Below are positions 10,757 through 21,305 of a DNA stretch of 64,000 nt, piece after piece. Made by a program: the position numbers and the translations under genes. The stretch is from Paramoeba atlantica (lineage: Eukaryota > Protista > Discosea): positions 124,001 through 188,000 of the forward strand of contig CDRNVI010000023.1 of NCBI GenBank assembly GCA_977017575.1, read 5' to 3'. Under the pieces are notes generated by a model that was not told the origin of the DNA, did no database searches, and worked only from the letters and a program-made list of their open reading frames with translations. Numbering within the stretch: position 1 is the first letter of the stretch; each line of letters opens with the position of its first letter.

Positions 10757-11341
10757 CCGACTGTCAACGAAGTGGCCGCCATTTGGTTGACCCGTCAACG
10801 AGTGTGATTTGATCAACGCTAAGACCTGTTACATTCGTGATCTGCGAGACCTTAGAGGGAGGAGGAGCAAGGAAAAAAAAGAAGGCGGAGCTTTCTGCCT
10901 TTTTGCCCTAGAGACGACGACTTCCTCGCATGGGAATCTGTAAGGAGCCCTGGGATCTGCTTTGAAACTACGGAACTGGGAGGAGGGAAAGATAAGGGCT
11001 CGCTGGGGAACCTGGGATCTGCGACGTTCGTGATCTGCAAAACCATAGAGCGAGGAGGAGGAGTAAGGGAAAAAGCAGAAGGCGGATCCTTCTGCCTTTG
11101 TACCGTAGCGACGATTGAGGAGCCCAACAACAACAAGGACCCCTAGGATCTGTTTTGGAAACGCGGAATTGGGGAGCTGTTAGGGTTGGGTGAAAATTAA
11201 GTTTCTGAAAATCTCTCATATAATCGGTCAAAAACGCTTCGATGATTCTCATCGAAAATTTTTCATGGTTGCGTTTCCTGAGCAGAAAATTCACACTCGT
11301 TGACGGGTCAACCAAATGACAGCCACTTCGTTGACAGTCGG
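10757..11341. mobile_element. TIR element D (51-bp TIRs) with dimeric purine-rich interior
   Basis: 10757-10807 vs 11291-11341 inverted with ~2 mismatches; a third direct copy of the TIR unit at ~11347-11390; internal repeat starting cgtgatctgc occurs twice. Confidence 0.7.
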
Positions 11342-11457
11342 GTGCATTGTCAACGAAGTGGCATCCAATTGCTTGACCCGTCAACGAAGTAGAGGCGTAT
11401 CCTACGATATTATATCGCTAGCCCAGTATAATTTATGATCATCCTTGACAATTATTT

Positions 11458-12322
11458 TTACTTGTGACGCGGTTTCAAATGCGTCAAGAGTTCATTTTGG
11501 TGCCCGAAAGCGATTGACATACTCTTATCTAGCCGTACTCTTAAGGATGGCCGGCTGCAGTCGCGGGCGGTGTGTCCACGTAGTCCACAGTGTCGACAGT
11601 GACCCGGTGGGGCGCTAGGATGATACCAGGGTTTAGAAAACGCTCGCTTTTGAAATTTGGCAGCTGAATCTAAGAAATCGCGAGTGTCACGCAACCCACT
11701 TCCATTTGAACTTTGATCAAGCTGAAGTACCGCTTTCATATGCTGAGACAACATCGACACGATACACTTGTCGGCCGACGTGACTTGTCGGCCGACGCAA
11801 CAACATCTCTTCAATAGACCCATGGTCCACTCTTGTCCCCTGGGTAGCGAGTCTTTTTGAATACAGTGCTGCGCCTAGTTTGCAAAGCAGGGACCAATAC
11901 GTTAGGCGTATCTGTTCCACGTGACTCATGGGTATAGTTTCCTCGGGCGTCAAATCGGCCATCGTCTGTGCGCACATCGCCTTGTCGGGATCTGTCCCCA
12001 CTAGGCTTCGCACAAAGACAAAGACACTACTTGTAAGCCACGGTTCCGTGGACAGTCCTTTGATGGACAGACAGTGACGTAGAAGAGCGCCACAGCGAGG
12101 GTCACTGGGTGATCCAATTAGCAGTCGGAATGCTTCATGCACATCTTTTATCCCCCGAAGAACGCCATTTTGAGCTGAAGGGGCGGGCTCTTCCGCTTGG
12201 TCCTTGGAGCTGTTTTTTGGCGGGATGCCTTCTAGCGCTGCCCATTCGTCACGTAGAGCGAGAATAACATTGTCTGCGACACATGAGGTGGTAAATTCGA
12301 CTTCCTGAAGAGCCCCTATCAC
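11458..12322 (-). pseudogene. Frameshifted gag-like ORF with CCHC zinc knuckle (retroelement remnant)
   Basis: Overlapping ORFs 11717-12322 and 11458-11823; CRHCGLRGHTARDC fits C-x2-C-x4-H-x4-C. Confidence 0.55.
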
Positions 12323-13007
12323 CTTCTTTATGTGATATACCCCTTTTCCGTGTCCCCATTTCCCCAGAGACTCGCAGCCTTCTCAAGAATAGGGGTGATG
12401 TCCGTTAAGGATTTTGTAGAGCCCCGGCAATAAACTTGAGAGTAATGTTCGAAGACCGACGGTAGGGGCAGGGGGGACCAATCTGAATTCTTACGTCTTT
12501 GTGACTATTTTTTTGGAAAACTCACCTGACACGAAATCGGGCCACAAATCGGGCACGACGAATTAACCTACGGTAGCGAGGGAGTAGTATCTCCCTCAAT
12601 AAAGTGAAGATTGCAACGGTTCATAGGCACATCCTTCCACCACCATTTCCCACGTACATGTGAGTCCCGGGCTTTAAGCAGGATTAAAGGATTCCATAGA
12701 CCGAAAAGTTACCTTTCTTCTTCGTTTTTGATAGGAAATTGACAAGGGTAAGGATGGACGGCCCATAACTCATACCTTGGTGGTTCATGAACCAATGAAC
12801 CACTTCATGAACCATTTCATGAGCCACTGTTTTCATGAAATGGTTCATGAACCAGTACTAACGAGGGTGCTGACAGGAGTGATATCAAGGGTTGATGGTA
12901 CGGCACGGTGACAAGGGGTGAGGACAAGGAGCTCTTACTACTGCTACTAGCATATCATGGAGACGGAATGTAATAAACCACCGTCCGGGTTATTAGACTA
13001 CCTAGGA

Positions 13008-13150
13008 GGTATAATAAGTGTCCCTAGGTATAATAAGTGTCCCTAGGTATAATAAGTATCCCTAGGTATAATAAGTATCCCTAGGTATAATAAGTATCCC
13101 TAGGTATAATAAGTATCCCTAGGTATAATAAGTATCCCTAGGTATAATAA
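13008..13150. repeat. 19-bp tandem repeat, 7 full copies plus a partial
   Basis: Unit ggtataataagt(g/a)tcccta, head-to-tail with no spacers. Confidence 0.95.
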
Positions 13151-13877
13151 CTTTGCTTTGCAAAAAGGGTAAAAAAAAATTCGCGCTGCGCGGCGCGTTT
13201 TTTTCATATTGCCCACAACATGTTATGATCCATTGGCAACTTTCCCTCTTGCGCCTGGGGACGCCTGGGGAAACGCGTGCGAGTGGGGGGGTAAGTTTAT
13301 TTTCTGGGGCTTCAGGGATAAAAGAATAGGAAATGCCACGAATACATGTATTTTCGTGGTTATTATACCCCAACTGGTCAAAACTCTTGACAATATCAAT
13401 CTGATTTCTTGGTAAGTTCTCCTCATTAAAATTGAAATTCACGCAACATTGAAATTTACGCGCAGTGAGGGAAAAGATTGTGTTGCTTCGTAGTCGACAG
13501 CAAAGAGCATGCACCAGCATGTTTTTACGTGTCCAGGCGAAGAAGTAAACCTTTCGGAGTGTTTATGTTAGGGCGATCGTCCGTAATCCCGTCTTTGTGG
13601 CATAAATCAGGGGGAAATCAGAAAAATTGTGAAAAATACAAGATTTTGTCTACCAAAAAACAAAGTGTTCTATGTGCATTCGAAAATCCAAACAACGCAG
13701 ATTCCGTGCCTGCACGTTCATGAGCCCTGTTCGAGAGCTCTTGAATGCGCTATAACTTTCCAAAATGGGCCAAGTTATACAAATTTCAGACCCTTCCTGT
13801 TTTCTCAAATCCTGTTTCCAAAATGGGCCAAGTTATACAAATTTCAGACCCTTCCTGTTTTCTCAGACCCTTCTGTT

Positions 13878-14538
13878 TTTTTTCGAAAAAAAACCCGCAG
13901 AAGCGGTAGCCGGGGTCTTGGCGCGTATTTTCCACCCCCCTACCCGGGGGTGACTCCCCCGCGTATCCGCAGGACGGGTCCGCCAAGTTCGGATTTTTTC
14001 GGAAAAAAAAAATTCAAATTGGCGAAAAAAATGGTAAAAAAGATATTTTTTCAACATTTTTTCCCTATTGTATTTTGAGAGTTTGGGACCTATACTAACC
14101 TTCTACACCGTCGTTTTCGCCAGATACCCCTTCTAGCCGTGGCACGCCTCCCAAAATGGCCCATTTTTGACCAAAAAGTGCGAAAAAGTAATTTTCGGAC
14201 CTAAAGGGGTCTTTTTATGTCAAAAGAATGGTGTGGTTGGAGTCGCATTCTCTACCCAATACGTTCAGTAGGCTTTTATTCACGCCTACGAGTGATTTCT
14301 CACAGGCAAATATCGGATTTACTGCTCTGAGAGCAAAAGTAGGCAAAAATCACCCCATTTTTACCTGAAAATCGGCTAATTTTGGCTATAATCTTTGTGT
14401 TTTCTTTAGCTTTCCATTTTTTCTTTTTTAGGCTCTTCGTTAAACGCGGTGGTAGTTTTCAACGCGAAGGGCGCAGCATGAGTGACTTCTAAGTTGAAAA
14501 CAACTACCGCGTTTAACGAAGAGCCTAAAAAAGAAAAT
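13878..14538 (+). mobile_element. Family A copy A2, core type 1, 5'-truncated
   Basis: Colinear with 1085-1768; terminal hairpin 14429-14527 plus an extended outer arm aaaaagaaaat. Confidence 0.85.
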
Positions 14539-14779
14539 TATACTTAGGAGGTACAATAGGTGTCCCTAGGTATAACCCGGACGGCGGTTTAAAATATAAT
14601 TACTATTTATAATATACATACTAACTTAAATATATTTTAGATTATTTTTACATGTACATGTAATGCATAAGTTTATACACATATTGTATATATTACTATA
14701 AACTTTATAGAAGAAGAATTAACATGTAAAGTTTTATAAGAATACTAGTACTTACTATACATGCATATTTAGTTAACAC

Positions 14780-17700
14780 ATGCAGGAATCGAGATCTAGG
14801 TTGCAGGAGCTAATTAAACTCCTCCATCAGGCGAGCGCAGCCTCCGCGCAGCATCTAGAAAGTATTGCACGACTGGAAAAGCTTTATCAGGATCCAGCTT
14901 GCGACGTATTGGACACACTAGTATCCCTATTTCGAGCGACTGAACCAGAGGCCGTAGCGGAACTTGAGAGATCCATAACTAGCGGGAATTATGAACAAAC
15001 ACAGCTCTATGCTGGGTACGCAATAAAAGTCCTGCTACGAAAAAGAAAAGAATTATCTAATAGTCGAACACTTCTTCCTGTTATACTCGAGCAACTCAAC
15101 AGCAATTCGTTGGGTATTCAAAAATGTACGAGCTCCATCCTTTCGACTTTACTCGACAATGAACATAGTATGCAGCAAGGGCCTGCGACAACCGGGATCA
15201 TGTTTTCAGAAGTACTGAATCAGATCCTTGACGCGCTTTTATCGCAGAATGTGGACCTGAAGACAGGCTACGTACTTATGCTACAAAAACTCTGCGAAGA
15301 TTTCGGTTATGCCGTGATACTTCATTCAAAAGCAGATGAAGCAGTCTCTTTGTTGTGTATTTTGGTACAGAACCGAACGGATGAAACCTTAATTGCTTTA
15401 CATTCTTTAGTCGCTCTTCTTAGTTGTGCTCAAGACGCAGCGGAAAGAAGCGTCCAAGGTCTCTCTACTGAAACCCAGATAATTCGGGATAGATTGAGAC
15501 TGTACAGCGACCAAATCTTTCAGTCACTTATACAGCTTCTCTCTGTGTCAGACATCACTTCACCCGAAAAGACTATTCCTTGGACTGACTTTACCAAGTC
15601 TGCCTGTACGATTTTTGTGCTACTTGTGCGGTATCCCGGTGCCCAGTTTCTATCCTCCTTGCCTGCTTTAATGGAGTTCGTTCTTCTACAGCTGCGAAAG
15701 CACTTGGCTCAATTCATACCATATTTTAGTCAAATTTTGCCAACGGCGCAGGTTACCTCAACAAGTATTACCTCTGCGCCATCGTACAGTACTTCCGAGG
15801 GCATTGCACTGGAGGCCTGTGAGCTATGGAATGCCCTACTTGCGTGTCATTTAGGAACGGAGCTTTTACATTCAAAGCTTCCGGAAATCGTTCCCGTGCT
15901 TCTGCTGTGCATGGTCTATTCAACAGAGGACGTCTCGATGCGCATGAGTACAAAAGACCACACTCAGGTTCCGGATGCTGAAACACACAAAGGTGGTAAG
16001 AAGACGTCTGGGGCTAACGCTCAGGGACGAAGTATCAAGGAGGAAGAACACTTGGGAGAAGACGAATCTGAGGACGACGATGATAGTGACAACGTCCCTG
16101 ACTGGAATTTGCGTCAGTGCGCCGCACTCGCTTTGGAGGAATGTGCCTCGATGTATGGAGAAGAATTACTCCCTGTGCTCCTTCCTTGTCTGTCAACTCT
16201 GTTGAGCACTCCCCTTGAAAGCATTCCTGCTGAACACGCAGGGTGGAGACTGCGGGAAGGAGCAGTGTTGGCCCTTGGGGCTGTCGCAGAAGGGCTGGCC
16301 AGTATGCTGGAGTCTCAGCTTCCGACATTGCTCCAGTCCGTAATTTCGACTGTGGCTGACACCTCTGTCACGCACCCACTACTACGCAGTACATGCTTCT
16401 GGACCATAGGACAATACGCGTCTTATTTTACGCAACCAGAGCACGCCGATCTATGGCGCACAGTTGGGATGGATTCGCTCTCGGTGCTTCTCTCCGTTCT
16501 CTTCCCATGCCTCCTGGCGGAGAGCAAAACAGTTCAAGAGTCTGCGCTTGCAACGCTTCAAATCCTACTCGAAGAGGTCTCCGCTGATTCTTTGGAGCAG
16601 AATCTAATAACAAATTTGCTTCCTATATTGCCCCGACTCTTTACATTGTACCAAAACAAGAACCAGGTAATTCTACTACAGCTAATTGGAAGTCTGTGTA
16701 GTCGTTGTACCGTGCTAGAATTGTGCCCAATCACCGTGTACAAAGACCTGTGCGCCCTTCTTTATCACCAATTTGCTGCTATTCAAGACACTTCTCCTCT
16801 TCTTGGGGACCTCCTTGCTACCTTGGCTGTCCTTTTCCGGTGGTACCAACCTTCTAGCGCAAGCGAGGAAATAGCTCCTTCCCTAGTCAGCTTTGGAAAG
16901 TCTGTCCTTAGCAGGCTCTTGCCTCTGTTTTCCCATAACCTCCACGTAAGACAGCAATCGATTGTAGCTAAGGAAGAACCCGAAGAGGAGTACATTTTAA
17001 TTAGCATGGGGAAAATGCTTGATGCGCTCACCACAGTGCTGCCCCAGGTCGTATCCGCCATTGTCCTTGAAAATACCACCCACAGCAGTACGTTGCTACG
17101 ACTTCTCCACCTCTGTGCGTGCGATCCCTTAAGCGGTCCCCTTCGAGCACAAGGCCTTGATTCCTTCGAGGCCTTGTTACACACCTTCCCCAACCTCTTT
17201 TCCCACCCCCCAGAGGGTTTCACCAACCGAGAGCTTGTCTACGAAGCCTTATGCAAAAACCTCCTTCTCCCACCCCCCTCCGAGCCCAACAACCCACCCA
17301 CCACCCACCCCACCCTCCCCCTCTCCGAGACCGCTTACCGCTCCGCTACCCACCTTGCGGTTTCTTTCGCCCAATTCGCCCACACAACTTCGAATCCTTC
17401 TCCTTTCCCGACCACCACCACCACCACCACCACCCACAACAACAACCACAACAACCCCACGACCCCTCCCCCCTCCCTCTCCCCCCTCTCCCCCCTCGCC
17501 CTCTCTCTCCAGCACACCCTCTCCCACCCCTCCCACCCCCGGGCCCTCCGTGACAGCGCCGCCCTCGCCTGGGCCCGTCTCGGGAACCTCCCCCCCTCCC
17601 CCCCCCTCCTCAACGCCTTCCCCACACTCTTCCCCGTGTGCTGCCGCGCGATCCGTAGCCGTACTCGTAGTCGCACTCCCCACACAGCGACCACCACGCT

Positions 17701-18028
17701 GGACACCACCGAGGCCCAGCGTGACGCCTTCCTCGGGTTGGTCCAACTCGCGCGACACGACCCGGGGCCGGTGCTGGTGGAGCCGAAGCTCTTCCTCGAG
17801 ACCCTACGGTTCCTGGGGAGGTGCGGGAATGAGGAGGCCACACTGTCCGGGATAAAGGGGTTCCTGGTGGGGGTGTGGGGGGTGGCCGCAGGGGCTACGG
17901 GGGGCACGCTGCGGGAGTTTGTGGAGACGCAGATTCGGGAAGGGGGGGTGGAGCAGAAAGCGTGGGGGAGGGCGGTGGGGAGGTTTCTGATTGAGGTGTA
18001 TAACCTGCCGGTGAGGATGGCGGGGTAG
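14780..18028 (+). CDS. TNPO1: Transportin-1 / importin beta-2 (karyopherin beta-2)
   Basis: 1082-aa HEAT-repeat protein; acidic H8 loop EDDDDSDNVPDWNLRQCAALAL; WRLREGAVLALGAVAEG; LLRSTCFWTIGQY; KTVQESA. Confidence 0.9.
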   Translation: MQESRSRLQELIKLLHQASAASAQHLESIARLEKLYQDPACDVLDTLVSLFRATEPEAVAELERSITSGNYEQTQLYAGYAIKVLLRKRKELSNSRTLLPVILEQLNSNSLGIQKCTSSILSTLLDNEHSMQQGPATTGIMFSEVLNQILDALLSQNVDLKTGYVLMLQKLCEDFGYAVILHSKADEAVSLLCILVQNRTDETLIALHSLVALLSCAQDAAERSVQGLSTETQIIRDRLRLYSDQIFQSLIQLLSVSDITSPEKTIPWTDFTKSACTIFVLLVRYPGAQFLSSLPALMEFVLLQLRKHLAQFIPYFSQILPTAQVTSTSITSAPSYSTSEGIALEACELWNALLACHLGTELLHSKLPEIVPVLLLCMVYSTEDVSMRMSTKDHTQVPDAETHKGGKKTSGANAQGRSIKEEEHLGEDESEDDDDSDNVPDWNLRQCAALALEECASMYGEELLPVLLPCLSTLLSTPLESIPAEHAGWRLREGAVLALGAVAEGLASMLESQLPTLLQSVISTVADTSVTHPLLRSTCFWTIGQYASYFTQPEHADLWRTVGMDSLSVLLSVLFPCLLAESKTVQESALATLQILLEEVSADSLEQNLITNLLPILPRLFTLYQNKNQVILLQLIGSLCSRCTVLELCPITVYKDLCALLYHQFAAIQDTSPLLGDLLATLAVLFRWYQPSSASEEIAPSLVSFGKSVLSRLLPLFSHNLHVRQQSIVAKEEPEEEYILISMGKMLDALTTVLPQVVSAIVLENTTHSSTLLRLLHLCACDPLSGPLRAQGLDSFEALLHTFPNLFSHPPEGFTNRELVYEALCKNLLLPPPSEPNNPPTTHPTLPLSETAYRSATHLAVSFAQFAHTTSNPSPFPTTTTTTTTHNNNHNNPTTPPPSLSPLSPLALSLQHTLSHPSHPRALRDSAALAWARLGNLPPSPPLLNAFPTLFPVCCRAIRSRTRSRTPHTATTTLDTTEAQRDAFLGLVQLARHDPGPVLVEPKLFLETLRFLGRCGNEEATLSGIKGFLVGVWGVAAGATGGTLREFVETQIREGGVEQKAWGRAVGRFLIEVYNLPVRMAG

Positions 18029-18496
18029 GGGTGGGGTGGGAAGGGGATGCGGGTTGGGGAGACGGGAGCACGAATTAAGGAGTGTGAAAGTCGTCGCAAT
18101 TGGGCGGTGTAGTTTTTGGGGTAAAAGGACATGAATGTTGAGAATTACGTAAAGTAGGGTCTTAGTTTGTATTACTGTCGTTTAAAAGTAACATGGGGTT
18201 ACGACTCAAGGATTCTAGGTAAGGGATACGAAAGGTAACGCCTCCAAACAAGATACGTGTAAATGATACTTGTACCAGTACAGATAAATGTGATGGAAAT
18301 GAATGCAGGTATTTGTATGAGTTTTGGGTGTCATCACAGAAAGCGAGATTCAATGTTGTCGAATCTGAGAGTTTTGGAAAATAATAGCGCATTGAAGGGC
18401 ATTGACGATCCCACTTGACCATCTATCTGAGAGGGATCGGCTAAGCTCTCTGTGTTCCTCTTCCTCTTCTTGTGTTTTCATGTAGTGCTCCTCCGA

Positions 18497-19537
18497 CTAA
18501 TACTGAAGACACTGAAATCCATCGGTGTGGAACATGCCTGATTGTACGTAGGTCTGCATTTTACGTTGAATAGCGTTTCGTAACAAATTCGGATACTTTT
18601 TCGTGCGGTTCGTTGCAGCCATTTCATGAATGATGGTCAGGTCATGGAAAATCGGCCCAGTGTTCCAGTAGATAACGAGATCGGGGCCTGATCGATGATG
18701 ATTTTTCCCACCGCAGACCTTATGATGACAGTGCTGATTGGAAAAGTCAATGACGTTCCGGCAGGTTAGGCATGCCCAAGTACTGACCGAACGCGTTTCC
18801 TCCTCACAGGGGATTCCTGCTTTAATACATACAGTAAGTCGTAAAGAAGACGAACCATTGCATTGTGCTTGGAAGTTACGTTCAATCCCGTGCATCGTTT
18901 GCTATCAGCCTGAAATGTGGGTTAGTATACTTTTCGAATCACACACAGTCTGACACCCAGAGCGCTGTACATTCTTTGGTAACTTAGGATGCGCTGCTCC
19001 AAATCTTGCCATGATCGTTCGTAATGGGACGCAGGTGCATACCGCGCATTCGATGTAAGCCAATCTGAATTTCCTTTGAATGAGGTTGCCTCTATTATCG
19101 GTCCTATCTCCGGATCCTTCGAAAGGAGTTCGAATTTTTTTTTGATGCATTATTGAGGCTGTTGTGCTTTCTTCATCGGATGGAATATTTGTCGCATTTT
19201 CATTTCCAGATGAGCTGGTTTGAGCAGAACTAGAATTTTTGCCCTCGAAAACCATAAATCTGGAGTTGTGGTACGCGGCAGTACGTGTCTCGTGACAAGC
19301 GGTTAGGCCTAAGCCACCTTTTTTGATCGGCAGTCTTAGTTTGTGCAGTTGCCAAGGTGTGATTGGAGTCATTTGTCGAATTGGTTTGAGCGCCTCTTTA
19401 GCTTGCAGGGCTTTTGCAAACAGCTTTAGTGGAATGGAATCCATGCCCCCCAGGTTCAAAATTTTCTGCATGCTTCTTGCGTGCCCCAACCTTGTCGAGG
19501 GGGTCAGTGGCATCCGGTGAATGAAAGCTACGGCCAT
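18497..19537 (-). pseudogene. 3' part of a CRE/SLACS-like non-LTR retrotransposon (RT thumb, CCHC, restriction-like endonuclease), degenerate
   Basis: LRLPIKKGGLGL..AAY; CLTCRNVIDFSNQHCHHKVC; GPDLVIYWNTGPIFHDLTII (PD..D motif); split across frames. Confidence 0.7.
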
Positions 19538-19711
19538 GGACGAATCTGGACCGGATCCCTCTGTGCGGCAAAATTCTTCGAGCCTTTTCCATATCCTTGC
19601 TCTCGCTCAAAAGGCGATATTAATTCTTAATATTTACTGTCACCCCCCTTTATACTTCAGGGAGGTGAACCTCCCCCTTTGGAAGATGATAGGACGGCGT
19701 AGAAATCTAGT

Positions 19712-19985
19712 ATAGGCCCCAAACTCTTAAAATACAATAGAGGAAACGATTTTTAAAAAATTATTTATTTGCCATTACTTCATATTTTCTCTACCCTGAT
19801 CAAAAATAAGGAAAAATGAAAAAGGAAAATGATAATGAAAAAATCAATTTTCTTTTTCGGGATTTTCATTTTCCTTTATTTTTAGCCAGGGAAGTACTGT
19901 GTTCCTCTCTATATTTTTACCAATTTCGTTCCCTTTTTTTTCTGTAATCGAGGGTAGAGCGATAGCTATACGACCACTGCAATTA
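19712..19985 (-). mobile_element. Old, internally deleted family A copy (5' end retained)
   Basis: tactgtgttcctct..aatcgagggtagagcgatagctatacgaccactgcaatta is a diverged A 5' end; aggccccaaactcttaaaatacaatagaggaaacg matches the A core. Confidence 0.6.
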
Positions 19986-21180
19986 AGAGGGGTGAAACTA
20001 TTCAGGTTCGGGGTCGGTTCGCCTCGGTTCGCCTGGCGCAATCTATTCCCCTTCTACCAATTCTTTATGTTTATTTATTCGTCCTTTTTATTCGTTTTTC
20101 TGTTTTTTCGTGTACGTATTTATCATAAATACATCTGTGGAGCAGTATTTTCTACAATCAGAAAATTTGATGGACAAAAACTGAAAAAGAACCGAAATTT
20201 GCTTCAGTTTCACCTACTTAAGAGAAAAGTTCGGCAGTCGCAGAAAATCACGAATAATACTACTATGAATATTTTATTAAAATATTCGCTAAAATAATTT
20301 TTGCGCGCGTAAATTTTAATAATATATGATCATATCACACTACCACTGGTATGATACGTATGGTGAACTTTGCTCAATAAGATCAAAGCCAAACCGTAGA
20401 AAAGCTTCGATGCAGCTTGCGATCCCGTATACCATGTACGAATCTATATCCGCGCAGAGTTTCCCCCATACCTCGTTAGATAGAACAGCCCCGTTCTCAT
20501 TCCATGTTTTCAGATTTTTTAGTGGGATGGCCATTCTAATGGTGCTGGCAGGTACTTCCGTACTGATCCGCAAAAAAACCGTACAGCTTACTTTATGGTT
20601 GTCAGCCCAAGAGAAGAATGGGAAGTATGGGGCTGACCGCTTGCCCCCACAAGAAATTTTGGATCGCATGGAGGAGTACTTGCTCGACAAGTGCATTGAA
20701 CGGCTGGAGAGTCGTTCTAAAGTGTTGCAAGACAGCGACAACTGCAACATCATTAAGGAAATATACGGAGTTCCTATTGATGGGACTATTCTTCTTGAAG
20801 CATTAGTGCTTATGTCACATGCTCGTGATACAGGGCTATTGTTTCATGAAGATGGAGAAGGATCATACAAACTTTTACATGCATCCGTACTATCACCGGC
20901 ACCTCCATACTGCAAGGAAATTTTCCATGATACTAGAGGTTTTCTCCGTCTTCCAGTAAAGACTTCACTCCTTAGAGCCAGAACTGTGCCTCTACGACTG
21001 CAACGTATAATATGGGAGTATACAAGAAAATCATATAGAAGTGCACATTTTTTTTGAACATGAAAAGCTTGTAACTAGTTTTGAAAAAAGCGCCAAGTAG
21101 AAATCGCCTTTGGTTTCAATGGGATTGGGTCGGTTCGCTTCGGTTCGTCCAGGTGACGTATTTTTAAGTTTCACCCCTCT
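19986..21180. mobile_element. hAT-like TIR unit enclosing a non-transposase ORF
   Basis: Perfect 14-bp TIR agaggggtgaaact / agtttcacccctct; subterminal tcggttcgc repeats near both ends; no TSD found. Confidence 0.5.
20326..21057 (+). CDS. Hypothetical protein
   Basis: 243-aa ORF of ordinary composition with one hydrophobic stretch (FFSGMAILMVLAGTSVLI); no family recognised; start uncertain. Confidence 0.45.
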   Translation: MIISHYHWYDTYGELCSIRSKPNRRKASMQLAIPYTMYESISAQSFPHTSLDRTAPFSFHVFRFFSGMAILMVLAGTSVLIRKKTVQLTLWLSAQEKNGKYGADRLPPQEILDRMEEYLLDKCIERLESRSKVLQDSDNCNIIKEIYGVPIDGTILLEALVLMSHARDTGLLFHEDGEGSYKLLHASVLSPAPPYCKEIFHDTRGFLRLPVKTSLLRARTVPLRLQRIIWEYTRKSYRSAHFF

Positions 21181-21305
21181 AAAACGACTACTCTCCTGTG
21201 TATTGATCACTCAATCAGTAAACCCCCCTGACGGTTATTCTTCCCTCTTTCCCCTTACCTTTCCCCCCCACACCTTTCCTCTTCTCCCCCTTCCCCCTCC
21301 CTTCC

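Larger units (their letters stand above)
12974..14591. mobile_element. TIR element B with TA ends, hosting a tandem repeat and family A copy A2
   Basis: taaaccaccgtccgggttat (12974-93) vs ataacccggacggcggttta (14572-91), 1 mismatch; the cctaggtata subterminal motif occurs at both ends. Confidence 0.7.

Noticed and set aside
13008-13150. 19-bp repeat (and the 17-bp repeat at ~4617-4680) as a CRISPR array
   Set aside because: Repeats are head-to-tail with no spacers, lie in transposon subterminal regions, and no cas genes are present
17157-18132. Long alternative-frame and antisense ORFs over skew islands (also ~21110-22323, 35247-35924, 44825-45436, 61240-62097)
   Set aside because: Stop-codon depletion in C-rich/G-rich sequence overlapping well-supported genes
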